Of a stretch of 42,851 nucleotides of DNA, positions 1 to 11,700 are shown one piece after another. Numbering within the stretch: position 1 is the stretch's first letter; each line of letters begins with the position of its first letter. Both the position numbers and the translations under genes were made by a program. The stretch spans positions 1-42,851 of the forward strand of contig MU053695.1 in NCBI GenBank assembly GCA_013239625.1, in the 5' to 3' direction. Source of the stretch: Lama guanicoe. Taxonomy: Eukaryota. The notes beneath the pieces were generated by a model that searched no databases, had not been told where the DNA came from, and saw only the letters and a program-made list of their open reading frames with translations.

Positions 1-321
1 GCTGAGAATAATCTGGCTATAATCTGGGAACCAAGAGAAGTGCTAGGAGAGTTGTGCAACGTTGCTCCCCTGTACTGGGCCTAATGGAAGCTCTCTTGCT
101 CCCTGAATCCCAGTGATGGTGGTTCATTGTTGTAGGGATTCCAAGAGAATCTAGTTTGCAAGTAGAAGCTGGGTTCTTATCAAGGCCCCCGACTCCCTTC
201 CCATTCATTCCCAGGCAACGGGGGACATGGTGAATCTCTGAGGAGTGGCATGGATGCTGGGGCCCAGACTACAAAGGGACCTAAACAGAGCCAAAGACTT
301 TGCGTTGAGTTCAAAGCCAGG

Positions 322-327
322 TTTATT
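322..327 (-). terminator. AATAAA polyadenylation signal of DUXC copy A
   Basis: tttatt on + strand ~255 nt past the stop codon, conserved in copy C (41565-41570). Confidence 0.65.
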
Positions 328-581
328 GGATCAAGGAAATGTCAGAGAGAACCCGCAAATCAACCTCTAAGGCAAGAGGACTTGGGCCATCCTCTTGCTG
401 GTTGGCATGCTAGCATCCCTTCCGACATCAGGGAGGATGCCCCTGCTAGTGCCCGTGCGTCCTGAGAGAGCCCGGGGAGCACGGCAGGGCTGAGGGAGGC
501 CACGCAGTGGCGCTGGCAGTCTGGGCGCCTTGCCCTTGCTGCCGAGCCCTAGGAGTGTGGCTGGCTCCTTGTCCTTTGTTC

Positions 582-1458
582 TCAGCCGTGGCTCGGCATC
601 CCAGGGAAAGAGGCCTGAATTGGGCTCGACCAAAGGCTTTGCTGAGGCCCTGGTGAGCCTGGCAACATGTCCAGGAGGGCCTGGAATTCGTCATCACTGA
701 GGGGTTCCTCCAGGGTTGGCCAGAGTCCCTCTTCCGGGGTGCCGTCGCTCAGGAAAGGTTGTGCCTTTTCCAGAAGGCTGGCGTCTGACAAGAGTTCATC
801 TAAGAGGCTCCCTGAGCCTGTGGCGCCTGAGGGCTGGGGCTGCGGGTGGAGCGGAGGAGACGTGAGTTGATCCGATGGGGCCTACTGCTGCCACAGTTGT
901 GTCTCGGCCTGTTCGGGCTGCAGAATTGCCGCGTGGGGGCTGCGCGGCTGAGCCGGATGCTGCCCGGTCTGTGGAGGACCGCTGCGGGGGACAGGCTGAG
1001 GGGGTGCTGCCGCGCCAGGGTGCAGGCTGTGGTGCGGGCAGGGCCCTCCGTGGGCAGAGGGCGTGAGTGCCGCGTGCACAGGGTGCGAGATCCTGGACTC
1101 GGCCCTGCTCTGGTGCCGCTTGGGTCTGTTCCCGGATGTGGAGGGTTCTCAACTCCCTGCCAAGCCGGGGTGGGCTGGAGCACCAGGAGCATCAGTGGCT
1201 TGCCCACTGAGCCACCAGGGGGCGCACAAGGCACATAGAAGCTGGGGACAGAGGAGGGGCTGCCGCGGCAAGGGACCGGAAGCTGTCCAGTGGATCAGTT
1301 GGAGGCAAGTGATGAGCGCCGTGGTGGATGTTGGGCGGGGGCCGTTGGTCCGATGGGACAGTCGGGGCTGGTCTGGCATCGGGGTCTTCTGCCCGGGCCT
1401 TGGCAGGCGCCCCACTGCTCTGCTCCGGGTGCCGAGCTCTCCGGTTCTGAAACCATAT
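582..1458 (-). pseudogene. DUXC: DUXC-like copy A, terminal exon (end of homeodomain 2 plus C-terminal activation domain), disrupted
   Basis: Acceptor ...catcttgcctag|ATA TGG TTT CAG AAC CGG AGA GCT CGG CAC gives IWFQNRRARH. The 3' end encodes SLLDELLSDASLLEKAQPFL...EEPLSDDEFQALLDML, the DUX4/DUXC/Dux C-terminal motif. Lesions: 1-nt deletion at ~1245, net 4-nt deletion at ~1080-1091, in-frame TAG at 882-884. Confidence 0.9.
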
Positions 1459-1517
1459 CTAGGCAAGATGAGAGAAAATCCGGTTCTGAAACCATATCTA
1501 GGGAAGATGAGAGAAAG
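1441..1517. repeat. 39-bp tandem duplication spanning the terminal-exon splice acceptor
   Basis: ccggttctgaaaccatatctagg[c/g]aagatgagagaaa occurs twice with period 39; it is single in copies B and C. Confidence 0.95.
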
Positions 1518-1829
1518 GGAGACAGGTTCATGAGAAGCAAGATCTTCCAAGTCGCCTTGCAACGGCCATGCCAGCACCCCTGGTGTAACAGGCTCTGGGC
1601 AAAAACACTGCCTTCGGCTAGGTTTTGACCCAGGGTCATGTGACCTCTGCCGGTCTCCAGGTCCTTGCAAAATGAGGGGCAAAGTCAGGGCCACACTGGA
1701 AGCCTGGCTTCCATGAGAGATCCCTCGCCGACTGGCTAGAATGTCGGGACCCCTCCCAGGCTGTCTGGCACCTCCTCTGACCCGCCCCCTTCAGGAAATT
1801 GATTCCTTCATGTCAGGCACCTGAGTGAA
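1459..1829 (-). other. Partial last intron of DUXC copy A, truncated at 1829
   Basis: Aligns with 33970-34452 and 42703-42851; similarity to copy B ends abruptly after cacctgagtgaa. Confidence 0.85.
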
Positions 1830-2419
1830 ATCTTATATTGAAACTTAAAATCCCACATTCCTCATCCCATACTCCTCAATGTCCCACTCACAGAACCAAA
1901 TCCTGTATTATTGCTTCGGATTCTGAACTCCGAGACTGGGAAATGCACAATGTCCCGAATGAAATAGGGATAACAGCCAAGCAATGTCTCAGATAGATCA
2001 GAGTATGTCATTTTGGGTGAGATGGAAAGGCTGGAGAGGTGGGACAGCACACGCAATGATGAATGTTAGGCAGATGGTGGGGAAGGGTGGTTCTGGACAC
2101 AGCAGTGGTCTGCTTCCCTGCTGGGCTCCTGACCCTCATTGATGGATCATCTGAACTTTATGAGGTCATCAGTTCCCCTGCTCTGACACCATGGGCTCTT
2201 GGCCAGCCCCCAAGGAGAGAGACTGAAGCATCCACACTCCTCAGCCTGGACACCTGCTCCTACCCATTCCAGGGGAACACAGACATCTCATCCATTGCTG
2301 TCACTTCAGAGCGAGCTGTTCTTGTGAAAACTGCTCCTGTTTGTCAGGAAGAACTCTTAGGTGAGCATGCAAATCCAAGTGGATACCAGTTCCCAAAGGT
2401 GTCTTGGCCCTGAGAGTGC

Positions 2420-3420
2420 AGCCCCGCCCCCTGGCCGAAGGAGCCACTCCCCGTGCACGCAGCCCGGCCCCGCCCCCGTGCCCTCCTCGGCCACGCCCCT
2501 GCCCCGGCCGCCGGCCCGCCCCTTCATCAGGCCGGCAGGCAGGAGGCAGTCGTTCCCAGCGGCCCGGGGCTCTTCTGAGCGCCGCTGTCCCTCCTCAGCC
2601 TGCCAGCGGCGGCGGCTGCACAGGCAGCGGCGCGGTCCCTTTGGCAGTCGCAGCTTGAGCCGAGCGGCGGCGGAGGGGCCTGCCCAGCGCGTTGGCGGCG
2701 CCGGTGGCTTCCGCGTCGGTTTCCATGGAGGCGGCAGCGGCGGTTGCGGTTGCGGCGTCGGCGGCTGCAGCTACGGCAGCGGCGGCAATGACGACGGAAG
2801 GGAACAGGGTCTCCGACATGGTCCGCGGGCAGGCGTGCGACGTGGGGCCGCCCTACAGCAAACTCTGGTACATCGGGGAATGCTCCTGTGTCGTGATGTC
2901 ATGATTTTCCGCACCCCGTGTGCCGGCCGCGCACCCCCGCGCAGCTTCTCACTCGACCTAGGCGTTCACAGCCGCGGCCTTGGCCTAGGACCCTCGACCC
3001 TGATTCCAGCGCAGACCCCGACCCCCGCCAAGCTGCCCAGTTTTCTGCGCGTCCTGAGTCTGGGGCAGGTCCTGGCCGCTCTTGCTGTGGCTTTGCTCCT
3101 GCAGCTTCCAGGTCGGCCCTGGCTCAGCGCGGGGAGTCGGGGAGGGGCTCAGGGCGTGGGGGCCACGGCCCGGTGGGGCCCTTCGTGACCCCCAAGAAGG
3201 GAACTTGAGCCCCCGCCCCAGGGTGCACCCCTCGCGGCCTTCCCTTGACCACCCCGAGTGAAGCCGCCAATTCCTTCAGATGTTCAAAACGGTTGCGTCC
3301 ATGGTCGGGAAATGGGTTGGCAGGGGCGTGTGTGCAGAAAGCCGGAATCATCGTCTCGTTTAGGCCCCTCACCTGTGTTTCCCGCTGACGGCTTAGCTTC
3401 AGGACCTTCCGCGGTGCCAA
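2420..3420. promoter_or_regulatory. CpG island with GC boxes, derived from a MAPK1 promoter/exon 1/intron 1 region
   Basis: Very high GC and CpG density, several ccccgcccc Sp1-type boxes (2421-2520), surrounds the MAPK1-like exon. Confidence 0.75.
2500..2904 (+). pseudogene. MAPK1: Diverged unprocessed MAPK1 (ERK2) exon-1 fragment (5'UTR plus N-terminal coding)
   Basis: 2725-2904 encodes MEAAAAVAVAASAAAATAAAAMTTEGNRVSDMVRGQACDVGPPYSKLWYIGECSCVVMS, against ERK2 [40 protein letters not shown] as recalled. Upstream ccggcccgcc...ggcaggcagg...ggcggctgcac...ggcgcggtccct resembles the MAPK1 5'UTR. Homology stops where ERK2 exon 1 ends and no exon 2 is seen. Confidence 0.85.
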
Positions 3421-4849
3421 TGGTGCTCTCCTGTGTAAGCTTTCTACAAAGCATGAATTGGCAGCAGTGTTGGTGTGGAAAGTTTCAAACGCGGAGTTTC
3501 CAAGTGAATTCGGCTATGGTACTGTTCGCGCTTCTGGAAGGGTAAGTCAACATCCCTGTCTTGATTCCTTCAAGTGTCATTTGGTTTTCTACCTAAGTTG
3601 ACGCTCCCCCCGCCCCCGCCCCTCCTTGAGCCCGACTGAGCTTTCCTACTAGCAGATAGGCATCTAGTTGTCTTAGCGCAATGACTGCGGGCTTTTCCTT
3701 CTAAGGCTTTAGCGCTCAGTGTGTATGCAGCCCAGATGGAGTTCTTGGAGAAGCAAGTGCAGGCTCCCAGTGCTCGCTTGAGATCCCTCAGAATCTTCCC
3801 TGGAATCGGGGTAACGGTGTTGCTATTTAGTAATTTTTTTCAAGTAGATCCAACCACCTTTTGTCTTTTGCGCTTACAGAGACTTGTAGAGCTGTAGGCT
3901 CCCTTACACCTCAGCCTTCATGGGTGTGTGTCTTTTTTTTGAATGGAGGGAGCAAACCATTTCAGATACTTAGCTAGGTATGTTATCTCATGTTACCTGA
4001 AAAGCCACCTGCAGAGAGGGAAAGGCAGAGACAGCTGTCTTTCAGATGAGAAGCTGTTTCATGGTGAAGCTAGTACTTATTGTCGCCCAAATAGTCGGGC
4101 TTGAGATTGCAGCCTGAGATCTTGTTCTGGTTGCTGGAGCCCTTTCCATTGCTCCCTGTTTTCCTTCATTAGTGTTGGGAATAATTTTGGAATTTTAGCC
4201 CCTTTTACCCTTACAAGCAAATTTATTTCAGAAACATATTGAACTTTGAACGGTCAAAATTTGAGAAATGCATTGAGGGAATATTTTTCCATGTGTGTTT
4301 TGTAAGTACGAAGTTAATACAAAATGTGTAAGAAGAAATTCTTGAATATTTCCTTCCAGTCCAGGAGCAAATTTTTGTGAATGAATGAATGGACATGAGA
4401 ACCATTTTAAGTGAAATTATACAGACATTAATTACCACATGTTGTACGAATCCATTTAATTGGAAGTCAGGAATATGCAAATCAGGATTTCATATAAATG
4501 AAATCAATCCCAATGTACAGGTTAGTGACTGTTTGTTTTCTCTCAGTACTGTTTTTGAGTGCTACAACTTTTTTATATCTATATGACATTCAAGCTGTTC
4601 ATATTGCTGAATATGCCATGCATTCATTCTGTATGTAGGGCATGTAAGAGTGTGTCACAAACTATGTATTTATCCCTTCTTTTAATACTAGATATTTGTG
4701 TTAGTACCATTTGCGTTACTATAAATTCACAGTTTGTTTATTTATGCATGCATCTTTTTTGTAATTATCTGATGTCATTCACCATATGTGAAAAATATTT
4801 GCCAGCAGTAATATTGGGTCGATGTGTCTTAAATACACCTTGAGTGCCT

Positions 4850-7520
4850 TTTAAGTATTTCCCTTTTTATTACCTTGGTTTCTTTTGGTTTTTGTGAGTC
4901 TATTGTGTGGTTTTGGTCTGTGGTCACCCTGTTTCTCAAATACATTAACCCATTTCTCTCTCTGTTGTCTTTAAACAGATTATCATATAATCTCAAACAC
5001 ATCCTCAATAGAACAGAAACAAATCTCTATTTTCCTGCTTCCCTTTCCCATCCTTAATGATTTTCATGCCGTGTTTTTCATCTTCATGCTTATTCTCTTG
5101 CAACTTCTTGCCGTTATTGCCTTTCCAATAATGGTTTTCTCATTTCTAGATCATCCTTCCTCATCAGGGTCTAAAATTCTCAATCTTTCTTGCAGGATAT
5201 GTTTATTATTGCAGAATTCTTTCTATGTTTGCTTGTCTGTGAAACCCTTGATCTCTCCTGTTATTCTAAAGGATTGTCTTGTGGCATAGGTTATGCTAGG
5301 TTGCACGTTCTTCTCATTCAGGGATTTGACTCTCTATGAAATCCCTCCTTGGCCTGCAAAGTTTGTATTGAAAAATCTGCTGAATGCCTGATGGAGGTTC
5401 TCTTGTGATTCACTTGTTTTAATTTTGGTGCACTTACAATCATTTCTTTATCATGAAATTGGGTCCTTTTCATGACAGCATGTCTTTTTGTAGGTCTCTT
5501 GGTGTTTATCTTCTTTGGGTCCCACTGTGTTTCCTGTATTGGGAGAGCTGATTCTTTCTTCAGTTTAGGAAATGTTCAGTCTAATTTCTTCAGTCCCCTT
5601 TTCCAAATCCTTTTCTCTTTCTTTTCCATCTGGGACCCCTATATTTCATAGAATGGCATACTTCTTATTATCCCAGGTTTGAAATGCATGGCTTCCATTA
5701 GTTTTCACTTGCTTCTCTATGTCACATTCTGATTGTGTGATTTCCCTTATCCTTTGTTCTGAGACAATTCTTTGTTCCTCTGCATTTTCTAGTCTGATTT
5801 GACCGTTTTTAGCAAGGCAGTTACCTCATCCATTGCATTTCCTGGTAATATTTGGCTCCTCTTTAGAGTTGCTGTTTTCATTTTATAGTATTCTGCATTT
5901 TTATTCATAGCCTTTCTTGTTCCTTCAGTGTTTTTCTCACCTCCTTTTTCAAGTAAGGTTCTTTTGGAGTTTTGGTTCTAATTCATTGCTCATTCTTTAA
6001 GGGGCTTTCTCTTTTAATCAGGGATGGTTCTTCTTCTTTTGCATTTGATTACATCTCTAGGTCTCTCTGGCTTAAAGATCATCAGTTATCTCTTTCAGAG
6101 TTGAAGGGCATGTTTGAAGTGTCAGCTTTTCTATCTATGTCATGCACAGTTCCTAATATTGCCGTTAGGACTGCTTTGGGTATGGATTGATGCTTCTGTG
6201 AGCATTGCCTCTTGTTTCTTTGATTCCCTGCATAATTTTGTGATGGTCACTCACTCTTGTCATTTAGCAGAGCCTCGTTTTGGCTAGGTGTTTATCACAG
6301 CTTTGACTGTGTCAGAGCCTACTCCTTTTTGGCTGGAATTGTGGCTACCAAGCATTCTCTGGGCTGCAGTATGTGATCTGTGGAGTTGGACATTTTCCAA
6401 TACTCTTTCTTGACAGTGCCCTTACCCTTGCTTTCGCCACGGGAAGGTCAGCACCCTACTCTGGTGACCCACAGGTTCTCTGGCCACACAACCACCAGTG
6501 AAAACAGTCTAATAAAATCAGGCCCTAAGGCCTGGTGCAATCACCCTGCAGTCCCTCATCTGGATCATCAGGGAAGTACCAGGTCAGCATCGTCCCCATT
6601 TGTTGCATTTTCCTGTTAAGCAAGCCTGATGGAAAGTCTTCCCCTTACCCTGCTGTGCACAAGCACCCTGCTCCTTGTTCTCTCCTCTGAGATGTGAGGG
6701 ACCACAAAGACAACAGCAGAGCAAATCCACACCCTCTGTCTGGGACTCCAAACCTTATCTCAGTCCTGCTGATGAAGTTGCAGATTATCTGGCTCTGGAT
6801 TCTACTTTTCCCCATCTTCCCCCAGAACACTTGAAGCAGAATGATGACAGATGTTTGAGCCCTCCTTCTCTATTCAGAAAATGTCACATTGAGCCCGGGA
6901 CCAGCACAGACAGTAGCTATGGCCATAGGATACCTAGATATTCACCATCAGGCCCACGAGGAGTGTTGGTTTTTGATCTGCGGTTACCAGCAGTTCTGTT
7001 CTGTACAGAGCACCATCTACAGCCAATAGCACACTCCAACCAGTTAGACTGCTTCTGTGCCATCAGCCTTAGCCTTCTCCCTCAGCTTTAGCAGCCATTC
7101 CTAGCTCACCATTGCCAGCTCGAGTCAAGTTCTCGGGATGGATTTCTGGCCTATATTGTGCTGGTCCCTTTCACTTCTCACAGCTAAGCATCTGCTGTGC
7201 ACTCCTCTCAGCCTCAAGGGATCCCCTTCGATCCCTGTTATCTTGTCCATTACATGTTTCCCAGTAAAAGAGCATCTCCCATTTTGCTGTCCCCGACCCC
7301 CACCAAATATCAGGGCCTGCACTGTTTGATGTTCTACTTGTCTATTTTCTCCTACCAGATTTTGTCAGGACTCTTTCTGTCTTTTGAAATAAGAGATGTT
7401 CCACCAATGATCAGCAGGTATCTTGAGCAAATGTGTGGGTAAGTGGATACATATCTTGTTGTATACATGGGACTGGGTGAGCTAGAAGTCCACTTACACT
7501 CCAACATCTGGGCACTGATA
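4850..7520 (-). mobile_element. LINE-1 5' portion (5'UTR, ORF1 remnant), 3'-truncated
   Basis: T-rich antisense L1 ORF1 signature (tccttggcctgcaaagtttgtattgaaaaatctgctgaatgcctgatggaggttc, ~5345-5400) and L1 5'-end-like sequence at 7330-7515. Confidence 0.7.
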
Positions 7521-8449
7521 AATCGACACTATTTTTTTAAGATATCAATCACAGAATTGTGCTTCTTGTTTAGACGTCTGTTTAGGGCATCCATAGTGGG
7601 AGAGAGGGTCAGAAGACTCCAGGTCTGCCATTGTGTTGATATCATACTTGCAGCCTTTGAAATGCTTTATAGATTAAATTAGATATTATGAGGTTTGTAT
7701 CCAAATAAAATCATTTCTTAAACCATCTAAATCTAATTACAAACCACTGTTGCCAATGTTGGGTACCAGCTTGTCAAGTCTATAGGTACAAAAACAGTGA
7801 ATTGATAAATCAGCAGCTGACTACTGTGATGAAGAAAACAGTTTACCCAGGTTCAATTGGTGCATTGGACTCACCAATTAGAACCATGAAATAACACCTG
7901 GGCTTCCATAGTGCATGTGGTGCATATTTGTCTCATTGAGACCTCCTGAGCTCTGGTTGGTGAATCAATGGGCAACAATTTGCTTGAGAAATACCCAAGG
8001 AAACCCAAAGAACACATTTCTATTTAGACTTATTGCAAAAAACATCTAGATCCATGATAACTAGGAGAACAATGCTGCCTATTTTGGATGATACTGAGAA
8101 GCAGGAGCTCTTATATCAATGGTGGATTGTTTCAATGGTACTTACGCATTTGAAAAATTAATTTAAGCCTACAAATTCTACCCCTAGATATCCTGCACCC
8201 AGGATTCTACTTAAGGGGAAAGAAGTTCCATATAAATGTGTCCATAAATGCTTCTGATAGCTTTTACAGTTCACTTTTGGACTGATGTGTAATAGTTACC
8301 CATATTGTCTTGATACGTGTATGCATATACAATTTGCATATCCATGTTGATGTTAAATAACACTCATATATGTAGTAAATGATTTTATTTTTACTGTGGA
8401 AAGTGGATGGGAATGGATAAGTTGGGGAGTTTGATATTTGAAAATATTA

Positions 8450-8655
8450 ACCACTGTATATAAAAAAAGATTAAAAACAATCTTCTTCTCTATAGCATAG
8501 GGAACTATATTCAAAATCTTCTGATAAACTTTATTGAAAAAAATTATGAAACAATTATGTATTTATGTATTCATGACTAGGACTTTGTGCTGTACACCAG
8601 AAATTGACACATTGTAACTGACTACACTTTAAAAAATAAACAAATAAATAACATT
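8450..8655 (+). mobile_element. Short L1 3' end with A-rich tail (cetartiodactyl/camelid type)
   Basis: tatagcatagggaactatattcaa...tgtgctgtacaccagaaattgacacattgtaactgactacacttt followed by aaaaaataaacaaataaata. Confidence 0.8.
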
Positions 8656-9802
8656 AAAATTGTTATTCTGGTGATTCCTTTTATTCACCCTACCCTAAAT
8701 ATCATTTTATATGCAAGAAAATCAGCTCCCTACTTTCTCACCACCGCTTAGGATGCTTGCCTCTAATCACTTCATAATTGGAAATTAAAGTGATCCCAAT
8801 TTTCCCAAGATGGGAAGTGGGAAGAGAATGAGGAGGAGGAGGAGAATTATTTAGTGGTGATCAACTATTCATTAACACTACTTGGAACCAAATAAATAAA
8901 GCCTGGGCTTTATTTTTGCTGATATATCTTGATTTTTAAAAATTGTACATTGATAAATTCTTCAAATAATTCCTTAAGAATGAATGGATTCAGAATTGCC
9001 TGTGTAAAATATTTTTATTGAAGAGGGTTAACAAAATTAACATGGTTTCTATCCCTTCATTAAAAAGAAAGAATAATTTCAAAATGTTATCTCTAGAGCA
9101 AATTATGTATTTCACTTTCTACTATCAATAAAAAATAATGTTCTCCAGGGATTGGAACACTCCTATGAAGCAGGCTGTATTATACCTTTGAGACAGAAGG
9201 CACCCTGAAATTTCTAACTGAAACTCTGATAGCTAAAACTCCAGATGTCTTCCCAGAATTGTCAACAAGTGGGCAATCCACCATGGATTTTCTATTTCTG
9301 TACCATGCCTCTCTGACCTGAAATTATTGTTGTCATATATTAGCAATACATAAATTATAACAAAATCTGGTACTTCCAAATGCTAGTTGGTAAATTTTCT
9401 CCCCTTCTTTGTGTCTCTGTTTCCTCATCTGTAAAGTGGACAGACTGCAGTCCCTGCTATGGGCACTGTATGTACATGGGAGCATCTTGCTTTTATTCAT
9501 ATCCTCAGTTTACTCCCCTGTTTCCTGCACTACACCCCTGCCTCCGGAAGGACTTAGTACCCCTCATCCCTGAATCCTTCTAGGCTTCTGAGATACTAAT
9601 TGTCTTTTGACATTTTGGCAAGCCCTCTCTAAGCACTTGACATGCAGATTTCCCAGCCCTCATAACCCCTCACTCAGCCTCTTCCATCTTCCAAAATTAT
9701 GTTGACTTACTTGCCTATACTTTTTATTGGTTTAGTGGGTTTCATTAAAAAGTATGCATTTTTGAGTCTGCTATGTTTAACCAGAATTCTCCAACAGAAA
9801 AT

Positions 9803-9848
9803 GAAGGGAGGAAGGAAGGAAGGAAGGAAGGAAGGAAAGAAGGAAGGT
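9803..9848 (+). repeat. (GGAA)n microsatellite
   Basis: gaagggaggaaggaaggaaggaaggaaggaaagaaggaagg. Confidence 0.9.
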
Positions 9849-10624
9849 GTTAAAGATCAAAACCAAACTGTCAGTTTTCAAAGACCTGCTAACTTTTTAA
9901 CTTAATCAAGTACCTTTGTTGGAAAGAGGATTCTACTGTGATATTCTCTTCTCTTTATTGTTGGTATGTGAACTGGAAGGTGAGTGGAACCTGTAACCTG
10001 AATCAAGGAGATAAAATTAAATAAAGGCAAGCAGTCCGTATCACCAAAATTTTAAGAATTAAATTATTTCTAAAGTAAGGCAAAATATTTATATGGGTTA
10101 GATAGAAGCACAGGAAAACTAAAATCCTCACAGTGCAGAAAATATACTTTAAGAAATTTAAATGTATACCTTCAGTTTCTACAAACAAAATATATGTATA
10201 GTTCATATACTTTGTTTCAATTTGGCTAAATTAAAATGTATGTCATATTATGCATTCTACATTAGAAGGAGAATATTGATCATAAACATATTTGAAGGAT
10301 ACTTTTAATAAGTAGGTATATGATTAGAATCTTCAAAAGCTTTTTGGATTACTTGTCTTATAAATGTAGAAGGGATTTATGACCGCAAGTATGTAAGAAT
10401 ATGTTAAAATTAATTAGAGGGTTCAGTAAGGTTTTGTGAACACTAATAATCTAAAAATATGCTCAGATAATTTAGAATACATTTTTAAATTAGACTTCAA
10501 TATCATATAAAATTTAGCTGTCTATATGAAATAAAAATTTTCTTTCCTAAGAAATAATAAAAAATATATTTTGAAACGGAAAGAATTGGATGCTTATAAA
10601 TGTTAATGGGGAGTAAAGTATTAT

Positions 10625-10980
10625 ATAATATACAGCCCTTTCAGATTGGCTTCAACCACTTAGTCATATGCATTTAAGAGTCCTCCATGTCTTTTCATGT
10701 CTTCATAACCCATTTCTTTTTACCACTGTATAATATTCCATTGTCTCAATATTGTACCACAGTTTATTTATCCATTCACCTATGAAGGACATCTTGGTTG
10801 CATCCAAGATTTGGCAATTATGAATAAAGTTGCTATATATGTACCAAAGTTTTTGTGGATGTAAGTTTTTATTTCATTTGAGTAAACATCAATGTGCATG
10901 ATTGCAGGGTTGCATGGGAAACCACCAGACTGTTTTCCGAAGTGGCTGTACCATTTTGCATTCCCTTCAGTGTATTCTTT
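10625..10980 (-). mobile_element. Old L1 (L1MB/MC-like) 3' fragment, antisense
   Basis: cagccctttcagattggctt...ccacagtttatttatccattcacctatgaaggacatcttggttgc...ccattttgcattccc. Confidence 0.75.
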
Positions 10981-10984
10981 TGTT

Positions 10985-11700
10985 ATAATGGTTATGTGGG
11001 GACAGTTGGTGAATCTTGAAGGGGTCTGAGGATTAGATGATATTAATGTCTCAATGTTAGCGATGATGGTTATAGTGTGTGTGTGTGTGTGTGTGTACAT
11101 ACATATATATATATGACAATGTAGATGAACATTCTTATTTGTAAGAAGTACAAGAAAAAGCATTATTCAAGGTGATGGAAAATCAAATGGCAATTTCAAA
11201 TAGTCTGAGAAAAATAAATTTATACTGTGCTTGAAATATTTCTGTAAAATTTATGATTGTTTCAAAAAAATTAAACCACTCAGTTGGCAAAATCTTACAT
11301 TGAAAATATGCATTTCTACTAGACAATAGCTAGTAAATTATCCCATATGTATATAGGCAAGCAGGTCCCAGCAGGCTCATTATAATAAAGAAATTATAAT
11401 GTGAAAAAAGGCATTAATTCATCAAAAGGAGCATGGTTATGTGAACCTAAGTATATTTATACACCAGAATACTACACAGCAGTTAAAAATGAATGAGTGG
11501 TCTTGACATGAATAAACGGTGTGAAAAAAATAAGTTGTAAAGAAATAGGTCTCCACTGTTCAGTGTTTTTAATCTGAAACAAAAATGGCAACTGTTTTAC
11601 TAAATTTGTGTGTAGTAGCTATGTAGGTTGTGATAGATTACTTTTTATACCTTCCAGTGTGATGGAAATTAAAATGTTTAAATTAATATTAAAATTTTAA
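10985..11700 (+). mobile_element. Old L1 3'UTR fragments (L1MC/ME-like) containing a (TG)n/(TA)n microsatellite
   Basis: ggggtctgaggattagatgatattaatgtc... and gaatactacacagcagttaaaaatgaatga motifs; (tg)n at ~11075-11097. Confidence 0.55.

Noticed and set aside
1295..1694. ORFs crossing the DUXC acceptor (also 33759-34354 and 42435-42844)
   Set aside because: Wrong frames or intron read-through; the homeodomain frame begins at the acceptor.
2361..3188. 275-aa Arg/Gly/Pro-rich ORF
   Set aside because: Off-frame read-through of a GC-rich CpG island; the real homology (MAPK1) is in another frame.
8713..8730. caagaaaatcagctccc resembling MAPK1 exon 2 (KKISP)
   Set aside because: Flanking sequence does not continue the ERK2 match; chance similarity.
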